This document shows positions 18,653 to 28,183 of a stretch of DNA of 32,000 nucleotides, one piece after another (position 1 is the stretch's first letter; every line of letters begins with the position of its first letter). Location: positions 2,514,788 through 2,546,787 of the forward strand of contig NZ_CP064786.1 in NCBI RefSeq assembly GCF_017094485.1, written 5' to 3'. This stretch comes from Natranaeroarchaeum sulfidigenes. Its GTDB lineage: Archaea; Halobacteriota; Halobacteria; Halobacteriales; Natronoarchaeaceae. Under the pieces are notes generated by a model, which saw nothing but the letters and a program-made list of their open reading frames with translations, was not told the origin of the DNA and did no database searches. A program made the translations under genes and the position numbers.

Positions 18653-19057
18653 ATGGGATACGCCTGTCCGGTGTGCGAGGCTCCACAGGCCGATGGGGAA
18701 CACCTCGCCAACCACCTCGCGATCACCGCGATTATGGGTCGTGAAGGGCACGAGGAGTGGCTCGACGAACACGCCCCCGAGTGGGAGGACTCGACCCGGA
18801 GCGAACTCGCCGAAGCGGTCGTCGAGCACGTTCCAGAGACGGAGTTTCCGCAGTTGTTCGAGGACACGACCGATGGGCACGGCCACGGTGGGCAGTCAGG
18901 AGCCACGCTCGAACAGGAGATGGCCCGCCAGACCGCGGGCCGCGGGCGCGGTGACCTCACCGACGAGACGCGGGACGTGCTTGCCGAAGCGCGCGAGCTG
19001 ACCGAGGAGATGCTGGACGCGGGGGAAGAGACGACGGGGGCCCCCGACGAGGAGTAA
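18653..19057 (+). CDS. DUF5810-type protein with CxxC-His-His zinc-finger-like N-terminus
   Basis: Start moved to 18653: MGYACPVCEAPQADGEHLANHLAITAIMGREGHEEWLDEHAPEW. The longer ORF in the track runs back into rimI. Confidence 0.75.
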   Translation: MGYACPVCEAPQADGEHLANHLAITAIMGREGHEEWLDEHAPEWEDSTRSELAEAVVEHVPETEFPQLFEDTTDGHGHGGQSGATLEQEMARQTAGRGRGDLTDETRDVLAEARELTEEMLDAGEETTGAPDEE

Positions 19058-19103
19058 GGATCGAAGTCGGAACCGGTAACTTCCCCGGCCCGAACCGTCG
19101 GAT

Positions 19104-19517
19104 ATGCACACGACGGGACTATTCTCCCCGGACGACGAATCCGAGGCCGTAGAGACCTACGACTCGCTGGGACCGGCCGCCCAGACCGTCGTCAAGGAGA
19201 CGGCCAAGGCGATGGCGTTTGACGCCGACGAGTACGGCGAGCGTGTAACTGGCGACGTGATCGAGACCGCACGAGACGCACTGTTTGCCTCGCTGCTCTC
19301 GGTTCAGGTCGGAACCACCGAGGAGTTCGAGGCGTGGCGTGACGGCTTCGACGGCGAGGTCGAGGTGCGGGGGAGCGAGCACGTCGACAACGTCGTCTGG
19401 CACGTCGCGCCCGGCGGTCGGGCGGTCGCGGCGACGTTCCAGAGCGAGGAGCAGGCGGCTGTCGGGACGCTCCGGCGGCAGGCGTTCGGGACGATCTATC
19501 GAGATATACTCAGGTGA
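19104..19517 (+). CDS. DUF5809-type hypothetical protein
   Basis: MHTTGLFSPDDESEAVETYDSLGPAAQTVVKETAKAMAFDADEYGERV...; adjacent to the DUF5810-type gene. Confidence 0.72.
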   Translation: MHTTGLFSPDDESEAVETYDSLGPAAQTVVKETAKAMAFDADEYGERVTGDVIETARDALFASLLSVQVGTTEEFEAWRDGFDGEVEVRGSEHVDNVVWHVAPGGRAVAATFQSEEQAAVGTLRRQAFGTIYRDILR

Positions 19518-19554
19518 CCACCGAACTCAATTGTCCGGAGACCGTAGTCCGACT

Positions 19555-19833
19555 GTGACACTGGATCCGGTTCGACTCGGACAACGACTGGACGACGAGT
19601 TCGGCGGCAAGCCCGGTGAACAGCGTGTCGTTGCCCGGCAGGCTGTCGACCTCGCCGACGCAAGCAAGTACGAGGCCGATACGGGGGCAGAGCTAACGGT
19701 CCAGGAGATCATCAGCCACCTCGCCGACGCGCCGGAAGGGACACCTGCCGAGCGCTGGAACTGGTGGATAGGCTCGCTCGACGTCGCCTACGGCGGCTAC
19801 GAGCGGTTCTCAGTTCGTCGCTACCCCGAGTGA
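19555..19833 (+). CDS. Small hypothetical protein (GTG start)
   Basis: V/MTLDPVRLGQRLDDEFGGKPGEQRVVARQAVDLADASKYEADTGAELTVQEIISHLADAPEGTPAERWNWWIGSLDVAYGGYERFSVRRYPE; acidic protein-like composition. The upstream part of the track ORF overlaps the preceding gene and is not believable. Confidence 0.62.
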   Translation: MTLDPVRLGQRLDDEFGGKPGEQRVVARQAVDLADASKYEADTGAELTVQEIISHLADAPEGTPAERWNWWIGSLDVAYGGYERFSVRRYPE

Positions 19834-19889
19834 GTCGCGGGCGGTGTCGAAACCGACAGCTCCGTGAGTCACGAGTCCGTCGACCCCGT

Positions 19890-20453
19890 ATGGACGACTC
19901 CGAACAGCAGGGGACGACGAGAACAGGCGACGACTGGACGGTGCTCGAATCGGTCACCGAATACGAGACCGGCTGGTACGAGGGGGGATACGATCTGGTC
20001 GAACAGCCAAACGGTACGACAAAACGCTACTACTGGGCCGAGCTTCCGCCCGCAGTCGTGATCGTTGCCGTCACGAACGACCAACTGGTCTGTGTCGAGC
20101 AGTACCGGCCGACGATTCACGAGAGCCAGCTCGAACTGCCCGCCGGGATCGTCGAGGATGGTGAGTCCTACACTACGGCGGGAGCACGTGAACTCCGTGA
20201 GGAGACCGGCTTCGAGCCGTCGGGCACCTCGCTGTTGCAGACGTATCAGGTGGCGACCGGCGTGCTCCGCCACGAACGTGGAATCGTCTTCGCCGAGGGG
20301 CTAACGCCGGTCGAACAGGAACTCGACGACAACGAGTTCCTCGAGGTCCGGACAGTTCCGGTCGATGAGGCCGTCGAGCGCGTACGGGACAATCCGACTA
20401 ACGACGCAACGATCAACGGCGTGTTGCTTGCAAAAGAGGATGGGCTACTGTAG
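19890..20453 (+). CDS. NUDIX hydrolase (ADP-ribose pyrophosphatase-like)
   Basis: NUDIX box GIVEDGESYTTAGARELREETGFEP; start at MDDSEQQG. Confidence 0.86.
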   Translation: MDDSEQQGTTRTGDDWTVLESVTEYETGWYEGGYDLVEQPNGTTKRYYWAELPPAVVIVAVTNDQLVCVEQYRPTIHESQLELPAGIVEDGESYTTAGARELREETGFEPSGTSLLQTYQVATGVLRHERGIVFAEGLTPVEQELDDNEFLEVRTVPVDEAVERVRDNPTNDATINGVLLAKEDGLL

Positions 20454-20581
20454 CGGCGACATCGCTTGCATATTGGTGACTGACTACCGTCGACGAAGCG
20501 CTTGTTCGAGCGTCACGTCACCCCGTACCACTGGGCGGACAGAGGGAAACGCGTTTTACCGGTGCCTACGGACCTGTGATA

Positions 20582-21775
20582 ATGAGTTACCGGATCGGAC
20601 TGGTCGGCAAGCCCTCCGTGGGCAAGTCGACGTTTTTCAACGCGGCGACGATGAACGACGTGCCCGAGGGAGCCTATCCCTTCACGACGATCGATCCGAG
20701 CGTGGGCGAGGCCTACGTTCGCGTCGAATGTGCGGCCCCCGAGTTCGGCGAGACGTGCACGCCTTCGGTCGGCTACTGTGAGGACGGGACGCGCTTTGTC
20801 CCGACGAAGCTGGTCGATGTCGCGGGACTGATCCCCGGCGCACACGAGGGCGCTGGGCTGGGCAACCAGTTCCTGAGCGACCTGAACGAGACCGACGTGC
20901 TGGTCCACGTCGTCGACTTCTCGGGCGAGACCGACATCGAGGGAGAACCGACTGAAGGCCACGACCCACGGGACGATATCGACTTCCTCGAAACCGAGCT
21001 CGACCAGTGGTACCTGAGCGTCCTCGGGAAGGGAATCGAGCGCTACGAGACGGGCTACACCACAGAAGACGACGATATCGAGGAGGAGCTCGCAGAGCAG
21101 ATGAGCGCGTTCCGGATCACCGAAGACGAGATCAAGCGCCTGATTCGGCGAGTCGACATCGGCTTCGACCCCGGGGAGTGGGATGATGACGATCGGCTCG
21201 AACTGGCCCGTGAGATCCGCCGCGAGACCAAGCCGATGGTGATCGCGGCCAACAAGATGGATACCCCGGAGGCACAGGAAAACTACGACGAGATTACGTC
21301 GGATCCTGACTACGAGCATCTGACGATGGTTCCTGCGAGCGCCCATGCGGAGAAGGCGCTCAAATCCGCCGCAGAGGCCGGTGTCGTCGAGTACACCCCC
21401 GGCACGAGCGAGTTCGAGATCGTCGGCGACATCTCCGGAAGTCAGGAGGCCGGACTCGAACAGATCCGGGAGTTCATCGACGAGTACGGTGCGACCGGAG
21501 TACAGGATGCGCTTGAAGCCGCGCTGTTCGACGTCCTCGGTGTTATCCCCGTCTTCCCCGGCGGCGCGAACGGCCTCGGAAACGAACGCGGCGAGGTGCT
21601 TCCCGACTGCTACCTTCTTCCGCCGAACTCGACTGCTGAAGACTTCGCGTACAGCCTTCATTCCGATATCGGCGAGGGCTTCCTCCACGCGATCGACTGT
21701 CGATCCAACCGCCAGCGTGGTGCGAGTTACGACCTCGACGAGCGCGACGTACTCGAAGTTATTACCACAAACTAG
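20582..21775 (+). CDS. ychF: YchF-type Obg-family GTPase (archaeal, with TGS domain)
   Basis: IGLVGKPSVGKSTFFNAATMNDV (G1), LVDVAGLIPGAHEGAGLGNQFL (G3), IAANKMD (G4), and C-terminal TGS-like region. Confidence 0.9.
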   Translation: MSYRIGLVGKPSVGKSTFFNAATMNDVPEGAYPFTTIDPSVGEAYVRVECAAPEFGETCTPSVGYCEDGTRFVPTKLVDVAGLIPGAHEGAGLGNQFLSDLNETDVLVHVVDFSGETDIEGEPTEGHDPRDDIDFLETELDQWYLSVLGKGIERYETGYTTEDDDIEEELAEQMSAFRITEDEIKRLIRRVDIGFDPGEWDDDDRLELAREIRRETKPMVIAANKMDTPEAQENYDEITSDPDYEHLTMVPASAHAEKALKSAAEAGVVEYTPGTSEFEIVGDISGSQEAGLEQIREFIDEYGATGVQDALEAALFDVLGVIPVFPGGANGLGNERGEVLPDCYLLPPNSTAEDFAYSLHSDIGEGFLHAIDCRSNRQRGASYDLDERDVLEVITTN

Positions 21776-21851
21776 TCCTTGTATCGACTCTAGGTATCGA
21801 AGGTGTTTGGGTGGTGGATTTTTGTAGGCCGTCGTTGCTACACATCATACG

Positions 21852-22316
21852 ATGCCGCCCAGCACAGTAACGTACGTCCAGAAAGCCTGTGCGTACATCA
21901 CCCGAACTGAGGGAGAACTGCTCGTGTTTGATGGTCCCGAGTACGAGAAAAAACAGGTCCCGAAAGGAACACTTGATGAGGACGAGACGCCGCGCGAGGC
22001 ACTGATACGCGAGGTGCGTGAGGAGACGGGACTCGAGGAGCTCGATTCCATTGACTACCTGACAACCGATCTCTGGCAGCGTCGCGAGCGCCGCTGGTAC
22101 GTCCGTCATTTCTTTCACGCGGTCGTTGACGAGCCCCGTGACGAGTGGGTTCACACGGTGACTGGAGAGGGCGAAGAGGTCGGTAACGAATACGAATGTA
22201 GCTGGATCGAGACGCCCGCTCAGGTTCAGTTCGCCCTCGATCTGGACGACTATCTTCACTTGCTTCGCCGTCAGCCGCTCACAGCGGTGCCAAGTCCACA
22301 GTCGAGCCAGCCGTAG
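21852..22316 (+). CDS. NUDIX hydrolase
   Basis: NUDIX box GTLDEDETPREALIREVREETGLEEL. Confidence 0.86.
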   Translation: MPPSTVTYVQKACAYITRTEGELLVFDGPEYEKKQVPKGTLDEDETPREALIREVREETGLEELDSIDYLTTDLWQRRERRWYVRHFFHAVVDEPRDEWVHTVTGEGEEVGNEYECSWIETPAQVQFALDLDDYLHLLRRQPLTAVPSPQSSQP

Positions 22317-22358
22317 CCGCCGAAGCGTTGATGTGCCTCTGATACGTGTGGCCGGTAG

Positions 22359-22844
22359 ATGGTTGGCGAGAGACTGTCAGTGCTCGCAGATCGGCTCCGT
22401 GAGGAACTGGACCGGGCACTGCTCGAAGATAACTCGCCTCAGGAGATTGCCGCTAGCTTCTCGATCGGCGTCTTCATCACGTCAATGCCGACACTCGGAA
22501 CCGGTCTGTTGCTGTTTGTGATCCTCGCGTATATTTCCGATCGCATCAGCAAGATCGCTCTGCTGGCCTCGGTGGTCGTGCTCAATCCCGTCGTCAAGTG
22601 GGGCGTCTACGCCGCGAGTTTCTGGCTCGGCATCCAGTTACTTGGCGTTCCCCCCGGTGGAGTTCCCTCGACGGTCTCGTTTTCGGCTGGCTCGGATATC
22701 GTCGTTCGACTGTTGGTCGGTAACCTGATTATCGGGGTTGTCTTCACTGCGATCGCCTATCCCGTTTCGCTCCGGCTGGTTCGGGAATGTCATCGCCGGA
22801 ATATCGAACCGACCGAGCTTCCCGCAGAGATCCTTTCGGACTGA
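22359..22844 (+). CDS. DUF2062 family membrane protein
   Basis: NSPQEIAASFSIGVFITSMPTLGTGLLLFVILAYISDRISKIALLASVVVLNPVVKWGVYAASFWLG. Confidence 0.8.
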   Translation: MVGERLSVLADRLREELDRALLEDNSPQEIAASFSIGVFITSMPTLGTGLLLFVILAYISDRISKIALLASVVVLNPVVKWGVYAASFWLGIQLLGVPPGGVPSTVSFSAGSDIVVRLLVGNLIIGVVFTAIAYPVSLRLVRECHRRNIEPTELPAEILSD

Positions 22845-22895
22845 CATGAACCGTGAGGATAACATTCAAGCGGCAGTCCCCGAAACCACCTGACG

Positions 22896-23825
22896 ATGGA
22901 GGTCTCCGTTGTCATCGCCGCACACTCGATGGCCCGCTATTCGGAGCTACGCGATGCAGTAGAGAGCATACTCGCCCAGAGATACGGGCAGGTCGAACTG
23001 GTCCTCGTTGTTGACGGCACCGACGCCGTCGCGGACCGCGCCCGGCGGGAGTTCGGCGACCGAGAATCCGTCCGAGTCCACTGTCTGCCGGAGAATCGTG
23101 GAGTCTCCGCGGCGCGGACTCACGGCGCAGAACTCGCCACTGGCGATGTCGTCGCCTTTCTCGACGACGACGCGGTCGCCAATCCGGACTGGATTGAGCG
23201 ACTCGTCACAGCCTACGACGACCACGGTGCCCTCGCAGTTGGCGGGAGGATGACCGGCGACTGGCGAGGTGGTCGCCCATGGTATCTTCCGACGGAGTTC
23301 GACTGGCTCGTCGGCGTCACCTACCCCAGCTTCGCCGAGGCGGGCGAGGAGGTCCGAAATACTTTCGAGTCGAACCTCTCGGTTCGGCGGGACGTCTTCC
23401 TCGAACTGGGCGGCTTCGATCCCGACCTCGGGCCGACCGCCGAGCGGTACCGTCACGGTGAGGGTGCAGCATTCGGCGAGCGTCTTCGGGCGGAGTACGG
23501 CCGCGGTGTCGTCTACGCCCCCGATGCAGTCGTCGAACACACGGTCTTTGAGTACCGAACGCGACCGGGGTTTCTCGCCCGGCGCGCGTTCCAGCAAGGC
23601 GTCTCGAAACGGCGGCTGTCACGTGAGCACACGGACCCGGACCGCTCCGCGAGCACCGAGGGTGCGTACCTCTTTCGGCTGCTAACCGAACACGTCCCAC
23701 TGCGGCTCCGTGCTCTCGTCACGTCGCCCTCACTCCGCTCTGTCGGACAGCTGTGTGCGCTCTGTGTGCTCACCGTACTGGTCGGTCTCGGCTACCTGTG
23801 GGCGATACTGGAGGAACTCCGATGA
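22896..23825 (+). CDS. Family 2 glycosyltransferase (AglG-like)
   Basis: MEVSVVIAAHSMARYSELRDAVESIL...VVDGTD...PENRGVSAARTHGAELATGDVVAFLDDDAVANPDWIERL; C-terminal TM segment. Confidence 0.87.
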   Translation: MEVSVVIAAHSMARYSELRDAVESILAQRYGQVELVLVVDGTDAVADRARREFGDRESVRVHCLPENRGVSAARTHGAELATGDVVAFLDDDAVANPDWIERLVTAYDDHGALAVGGRMTGDWRGGRPWYLPTEFDWLVGVTYPSFAEAGEEVRNTFESNLSVRRDVFLELGGFDPDLGPTAERYRHGEGAAFGERLRAEYGRGVVYAPDAVVEHTVFEYRTRPGFLARRAFQQGVSKRRLSREHTDPDRSASTEGAYLFRLLTEHVPLRLRALVTSPSLRSVGQLCALCVLTVLVGLGYLWAILEELR

Positions 23826-24874
23826 GGGTGGATCTGGTCACTCATCGGTACCCCCCGGACCTCGGCGGGATCGAGCGACACGTCGCTGAACTGGCCCGCT
23901 GGCTCGCGGGCGAGGGCCACGACGTTACCGTCCACGCGACCGACTGGGACGGCAGCTACGACCGCGAGACCCAGGACGGTGCGATTCGAGTCCGCCGCTA
24001 TCCCGCCGTCGCACCGGGAGAGGCGTACTACGTCTCGCCGCACATCGCCCGTGCAGTCTATCGCTCCGATGCTGATGTCGTCCACGCTCACGGCTATCAC
24101 TCGTTTCCACTCCTCTTTGCCGCGCTCGGCGCACGTTCGACGCCGCTGGTCGTGACGCCCCATTACGCGGGTCGCGGATCGTCCGACCTGCGAAAGCTGC
24201 TCCACCGGCTGTATGCACCCATCGGCGGCCGCGCGCTCCGCAGCGCCGACGCCACAATCGCAGTCAGCGAGTGGGAGCGCGACTGTCTCCGCGACGACTT
24301 TGGCTGTGACGCACGGGTTGTTCCGAATGGCATCGATATCGATCGGTTCGTCGCTGCGGAGCCCGAGGGGCGCGAGCGACCGTACCTGCTCTCAGTCGGT
24401 CGGCTGGTCGAGTACAAGGGGGTCCAGCATATCATCGACGCGCTCGCCAAACTTCCGGAGTACGACCTGATCATCGCAGGGAGCGGTGAGTTCCGTGCAG
24501 AGCTCGAAGCCCACGCCGCGGCACGCGGCGTCGACGACCGCGTCGAGTTCCTCGGCTACGTTCCGGAGGATCGCTTGCCCGGGCTCTATGCCGGTGCAGC
24601 AGCCCACGTCTTCCTCTCCGAATACGAGTGCTACGGACTGACAGTTGGCGAGTCGCTGGCTGCGGGGACGCCCTGCGTCGTCCGGGACGCGACCGCGCTG
24701 TCGGAGTGGACCGAATTTTCGGGCTGTGTCGGCGTCGAGGATGTCGACGCGGGGTTAGTCGCGGGCGCGGTCCGGGAGGCAGTCGAGTTGACGCCCCATC
24801 CCGACGCACTGATGACGTGGGGGGAGATGAGTGCGGAGGTATTGGGAGTATACGAGGCAGTTGTTGAGGAATGA
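23822..24874 (+). CDS. Family 4 glycosyltransferase
   Basis: MRVDLVTHRYPPDLGGIERHVAELARWLAGEGHDV...VVPNGIDIDRF...LSVGRLVEYKGVQHIIDAL...VFLSEYECYGLTVGESLAAGTPCV; ATGA overlap with the upstream GT2 gene. Confidence 0.92.
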   Translation: MRVDLVTHRYPPDLGGIERHVAELARWLAGEGHDVTVHATDWDGSYDRETQDGAIRVRRYPAVAPGEAYYVSPHIARAVYRSDADVVHAHGYHSFPLLFAALGARSTPLVVTPHYAGRGSSDLRKLLHRLYAPIGGRALRSADATIAVSEWERDCLRDDFGCDARVVPNGIDIDRFVAAEPEGRERPYLLSVGRLVEYKGVQHIIDALAKLPEYDLIIAGSGEFRAELEAHAAARGVDDRVEFLGYVPEDRLPGLYAGAAAHVFLSEYECYGLTVGESLAAGTPCVVRDATALSEWTEFSGCVGVEDVDAGLVAGAVREAVELTPHPDALMTWGEMSAEVLGVYEAVVEE

Positions 24875-24904
24875 GGTCGAGAAACGATTGGCCGACGTGA
24901 CTGC

Positions 24905-25972
24905 TCAGTCGAGCCGATCGACTACCGCAGCCAGTAGCTCCCGTTTGCTGTCCCAGAACTCACTTCGCTCCTTTTCGGCAAGCGAGTGCAGCAGGTACAG
25001 TAGCGGCAGGCCGGAGTACCGGCCTGGATCCGGCATCGCGTACTCTCCTATACCCTTCAGGTAGTCGTCGACGATTCTTCCTCCCTCCCCCTCGAACGTA
25101 CACAACTGGATGACTGCTGTCGGGTCGCGGGTGTCGTAGTGGGCGATCGTGAAGGGACGAAAGAGGTCGCGAATGACCAGATCCCGGCCAGCGCTCTCCC
25201 AGTCGACGATGTAGACTCGCTCACCGTCGACGAGCACGTTTCGGGTGTGGAGGTCCCGGTGTGCCCGCGCACGGAACAGAGTCTCGGGGAGGTCGAGTTC
25301 CGTAAGGAGGGCGAACGCCTGGCTGAACGGTGCCTTGGGGAGCAGCCCCCGCTCATCAAGTATCGACCTCGCGTCCTCAACGATTCCGGAAACCGTCACC
25401 GGCTCGGGATCTATCCGGTAGAGATGGGTAAGCTGTTCGAGGGCGTCGAGCAGGAACGGCCAGCCCTCGACCGGTGAGCGGGGATGATGACCGGTGACGA
25501 ACTGCTCGGCGAGGTAGGGGTAGTCCAGATCGTACTCGTAGAGTTCCGGCGCGTTGATCCCGGTCGGAAGTCCCTCGCGAGCGCGCGCCTCGTCGACGAC
25601 TCTGCTCGGGTCTCCTGCCGGAATCGTGTACACGATTCGCTCGTCGAGATCGACCAGCCGCGTCCGGTTGCTGAAGACAGCGACGTCAACGTCGACATCC
25701 GACGCTATCGTGATCGAACGCGCCGAAATCATTGGCACCAGTCGTGCCAGTGGGGGAACGATCCCACAGACGCGTAGCGTGTAGCCACCGAGCCGTCGCT
25801 TCAGTCCCTTACCGGCGATCATCCCCGCAACCGTCCGGAACGCCGCGCGCGTCGGCCGGAACAGGTAGTAGTGTTCCCCTGGGGGATCGAGTGCGTAGAA
25901 CGATCTGGGCTGTGGTGCGCCACTACTGACGTGTCCGGTGAACGCGGTGACGTGCGAGAGATCGGGACCCAT
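24905..25972 (-). CDS. APH-fold phosphotransferase/kinase in the glycosylation locus
   Basis: AHRDLHTRNVLVDGERVYIVDWESAGRDLVIRDLFR (catalytic HRDLHxxN and DWE motifs); CAT at 25970-25972 taken as start. Confidence 0.78.
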   Translation of the reverse strand: MGPDLSHVTAFTGHVSSGAPQPRSFYALDPPGEHYYLFRPTRAAFRTVAGMIAGKGLKRRLGGYTLRVCGIVPPLARLVPMISARSITIASDVDVDVAVFSNRTRLVDLDERIVYTIPAGDPSRVVDEARAREGLPTGINAPELYEYDLDYPYLAEQFVTGHHPRSPVEGWPFLLDALEQLTHLYRIDPEPVTVSGIVEDARSILDERGLLPKAPFSQAFALLTELDLPETLFRARAHRDLHTRNVLVDGERVYIVDWESAGRDLVIRDLFRPFTIAHYDTRDPTAVIQLCTFEGEGGRIVDDYLKGIGEYAMPDPGRYSGLPLLYLLHSLAEKERSEFWDSKRELLAAVVDRLD

Positions 25973-26067
25973 CGAGTACCCGACCGTTTTGGACGGACCC
26001 CTATCAGTCTGTTCCGTCCGTCCGGCGACCGAAAACGGCATAGCCGATTCGTCCGATAGGCCGACAG

Positions 26068-27516
26068 ATGCGGATCGGCCAGACCTCGATCGTCGTCTTC
26101 CTCTCGAAGCTCACAAGCTCCGCGCTCGGCTTTCTGGGAACGATCTACTTCGCGCGTGTGCTGGGCGCAGAGGTGCTCGGGTTGTACGCGCTGGTCATCG
26201 CCCTCGTCGGGTGGCTCAAACTCGGCGGTTCGATGGGCGTCGGCACTGCTGTGACCAAGCGCGTCAGCGAGGGCGACGAGCAGGGTGCGTACGTCGCCGC
26301 CGGGGTTCTCTCGACGCTGGCGATTGGCGGGCTCGTCTCGGTCCTGCTACTACTTGGTCGAGGGTATCTCGCTGACTATGTTGGGGAGTTCGACGCCTAC
26401 GTCGCCGTCTCCGTGGTCTGGTTCGTCCTCGCGTTACTGGCGATCAAACTGTTCTACAAGCTCGTGCTGGCGGTGCTCGAAGGTGAACGGAAAGTCCACC
26501 TCGCGGGGCTGCTCGCACCGGTCCGGATCGGCGTCGCGACGCTCGTCCAGATCGGACTTGTGATTGCGGGTTTTTCGCTCGCCGGACTGCTTGTTGGCTA
26601 CGGTGTCGGCGGCGTCCTGATCGGCGTGCTCGGCCTGTTGTACGTCTCGACATCGCTGGAACGTCCACGAAAACGACACTTCCGGAGCCTCTACGAGTAC
26701 GCGAAGTACGCCTGGCTTGGTGGGCTCAAATCGCGGTCGTTCAACGACGTCGACATACTGGTGCTCGGCGCGTTCGTCCCCACGGCGCTGGTCGGCGTCT
26801 ACGCCGTCGCCTGGTCGATCGCGAAGTTCCTCGACCTGTTCGGGACGGCGGTGAGCGACACGCTTTTTCCCGAGATCAGCCGTGCGACCGCGGACGGCGA
26901 GGACGCGACCGCAAGCCAGCTGGTCGAGGACAGTCTCGCCTACGGCGGCCTGATCGTCGTTCCGGGGCTGGTCGGCGGACTGCTGGTCGGCGATCGACTG
27001 CTCGCCATCTACGGCCCCGAGTTCGTGCAGGGGACAGCAGTGCTGGGGCTGTTGTTGGTCGCGACGCTACTGTACGGCTATCAAAAACAGCTACTGACCG
27101 CGCTGAATGCGGTCGACCGCCCCGACCTCGCCTTTCGGATCAATCTCGCGTTCATCACAGTCAATGCCGTCCTGAACGTCGTGCTGGTCTGGCAGATCGG
27201 GTGGAGGGGTGCGGCCATCGCCACGGCACTCTCCGCTGGAATCGGTCTCGTCCTTGCGTACGCCGCGCTTACTGACGTGCTCGCGTTCCGAACGCCGATC
27301 CGGGAGATTGGACGTCAGTGGGTGTCGGCCGGACTGATGGGCGGTGGCGTCTGGCTCGTTCTCGAACTCGTCGAGACGGCAGAGGTAGGGAACCTCGTTG
27401 CCGTTCCCGCCGTCGTCGCCTTCGGGGCGGGTCTGTATTTCACCACATTGCTGGGAATCTCCGGTCAGTTCCGGCGGACTGTCCAGCGTAACCTGCCGTT
27501 ACTGAGCAGTCGGTGA
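26068..27516 (+). CDS. Polysaccharide/oligosaccharide flippase (Wzx/MurJ-like)
   Basis: SKLTSSALGFLGTIYFARVLGAEVLGLYALVIALVGWLKLGGSMGVGTAVTKRVSEG and about a dozen TM segments. Confidence 0.88.
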   Translation: MRIGQTSIVVFLSKLTSSALGFLGTIYFARVLGAEVLGLYALVIALVGWLKLGGSMGVGTAVTKRVSEGDEQGAYVAAGVLSTLAIGGLVSVLLLLGRGYLADYVGEFDAYVAVSVVWFVLALLAIKLFYKLVLAVLEGERKVHLAGLLAPVRIGVATLVQIGLVIAGFSLAGLLVGYGVGGVLIGVLGLLYVSTSLERPRKRHFRSLYEYAKYAWLGGLKSRSFNDVDILVLGAFVPTALVGVYAVAWSIAKFLDLFGTAVSDTLFPEISRATADGEDATASQLVEDSLAYGGLIVVPGLVGGLLVGDRLLAIYGPEFVQGTAVLGLLLVATLLYGYQKQLLTALNAVDRPDLAFRINLAFITVNAVLNVVLVWQIGWRGAAIATALSAGIGLVLAYAALTDVLAFRTPIREIGRQWVSAGLMGGGVWLVLELVETAEVGNLVAVPAVVAFGAGLYFTTLLGISGQFRRTVQRNLPLLSSR

Positions 27517-27669
27517 ACGCGGATAGAGGCAGCCGCCCGGCGCTCGTGATGTCGTACTGATTGGTCTTCGATGGGGAGTGTACTGTTCGCTGATTGGTCG
27601 AAATGCCGAGGAAGAGCGCCAGAAACAACAGATTAAAGCGATCTTACCATAGCTACTGGTACAGGTAGT

Positions 27670-28119
27670 ATGGATCCATTTACCATCGCCGGAGTGTCCG
27701 GTGTACTCCTGCTAACGCTCTGTCTGGGGACTGTCGTGCACGAGTACACACACGCGCTTGCCCTGCGGGCGTTCGGAATCGAGTATCGGATCGACTGGCT
27801 CGGTGGGCGCAAGGGGATCGGCCGACTCAGAGCGGGGGTCCTCGGCACATGGGCGTCGGTAACGCCGCAGCTCTCCGATGGAACATCAGTGGCCGGACTC
27901 CGTGTTGCTGCCCTGATGCCGCTCACACTGACGATCCCGTTCGTACTGGTCGCCGTTGGCATCGTTTCGGATCCGCTCGCGACCGGGAGTCCGTACGTGA
28001 TCGCCGCCGCCGTCGCGTGGCTCGCCTGTGCACTACCAAGCCCCCAGGACTTCTCGACGGTCTGGTACGCTCATCGGCTCGTCGACGAGGAGACATCGGC
28101 GAAAAGAGATTCGTGCTGA
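27670..28119 (+). CDS. Compact membrane metalloprotease-like protein (M50/site-2-protease type)
   Basis: TM-embedded HExxH (GTVVHEYTHALALRAFGIE) and a C-terminal LPSPQDFSTVWYAH motif that could provide the Asp ligand. Confidence 0.65.
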   Translation: MDPFTIAGVSGVLLLTLCLGTVVHEYTHALALRAFGIEYRIDWLGGRKGIGRLRAGVLGTWASVTPQLSDGTSVAGLRVAALMPLTLTIPFVLVAVGIVSDPLATGSPYVIAAAVAWLACALPSPQDFSTVWYAHRLVDEETSAKRDSC

Positions 28120-28183
28120 GAGAATATATCAACTCGTGGACCGATACAAAAAATAATGGGTGTTCGGTACAAATCCTGCGTAT

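Noticed and set aside
20513-21688. 391-aa minus-strand ORF opposite ychF
   Set aside because: Antisense artefact; YchF motifs on the plus strand are clear.
21781-21823. GTATCGA direct repeat and TTTTT tract after ychF
   Set aside because: Possibly part of a terminator but the repeat is only 7 bp and there is no convincing hairpin; too weak to call.
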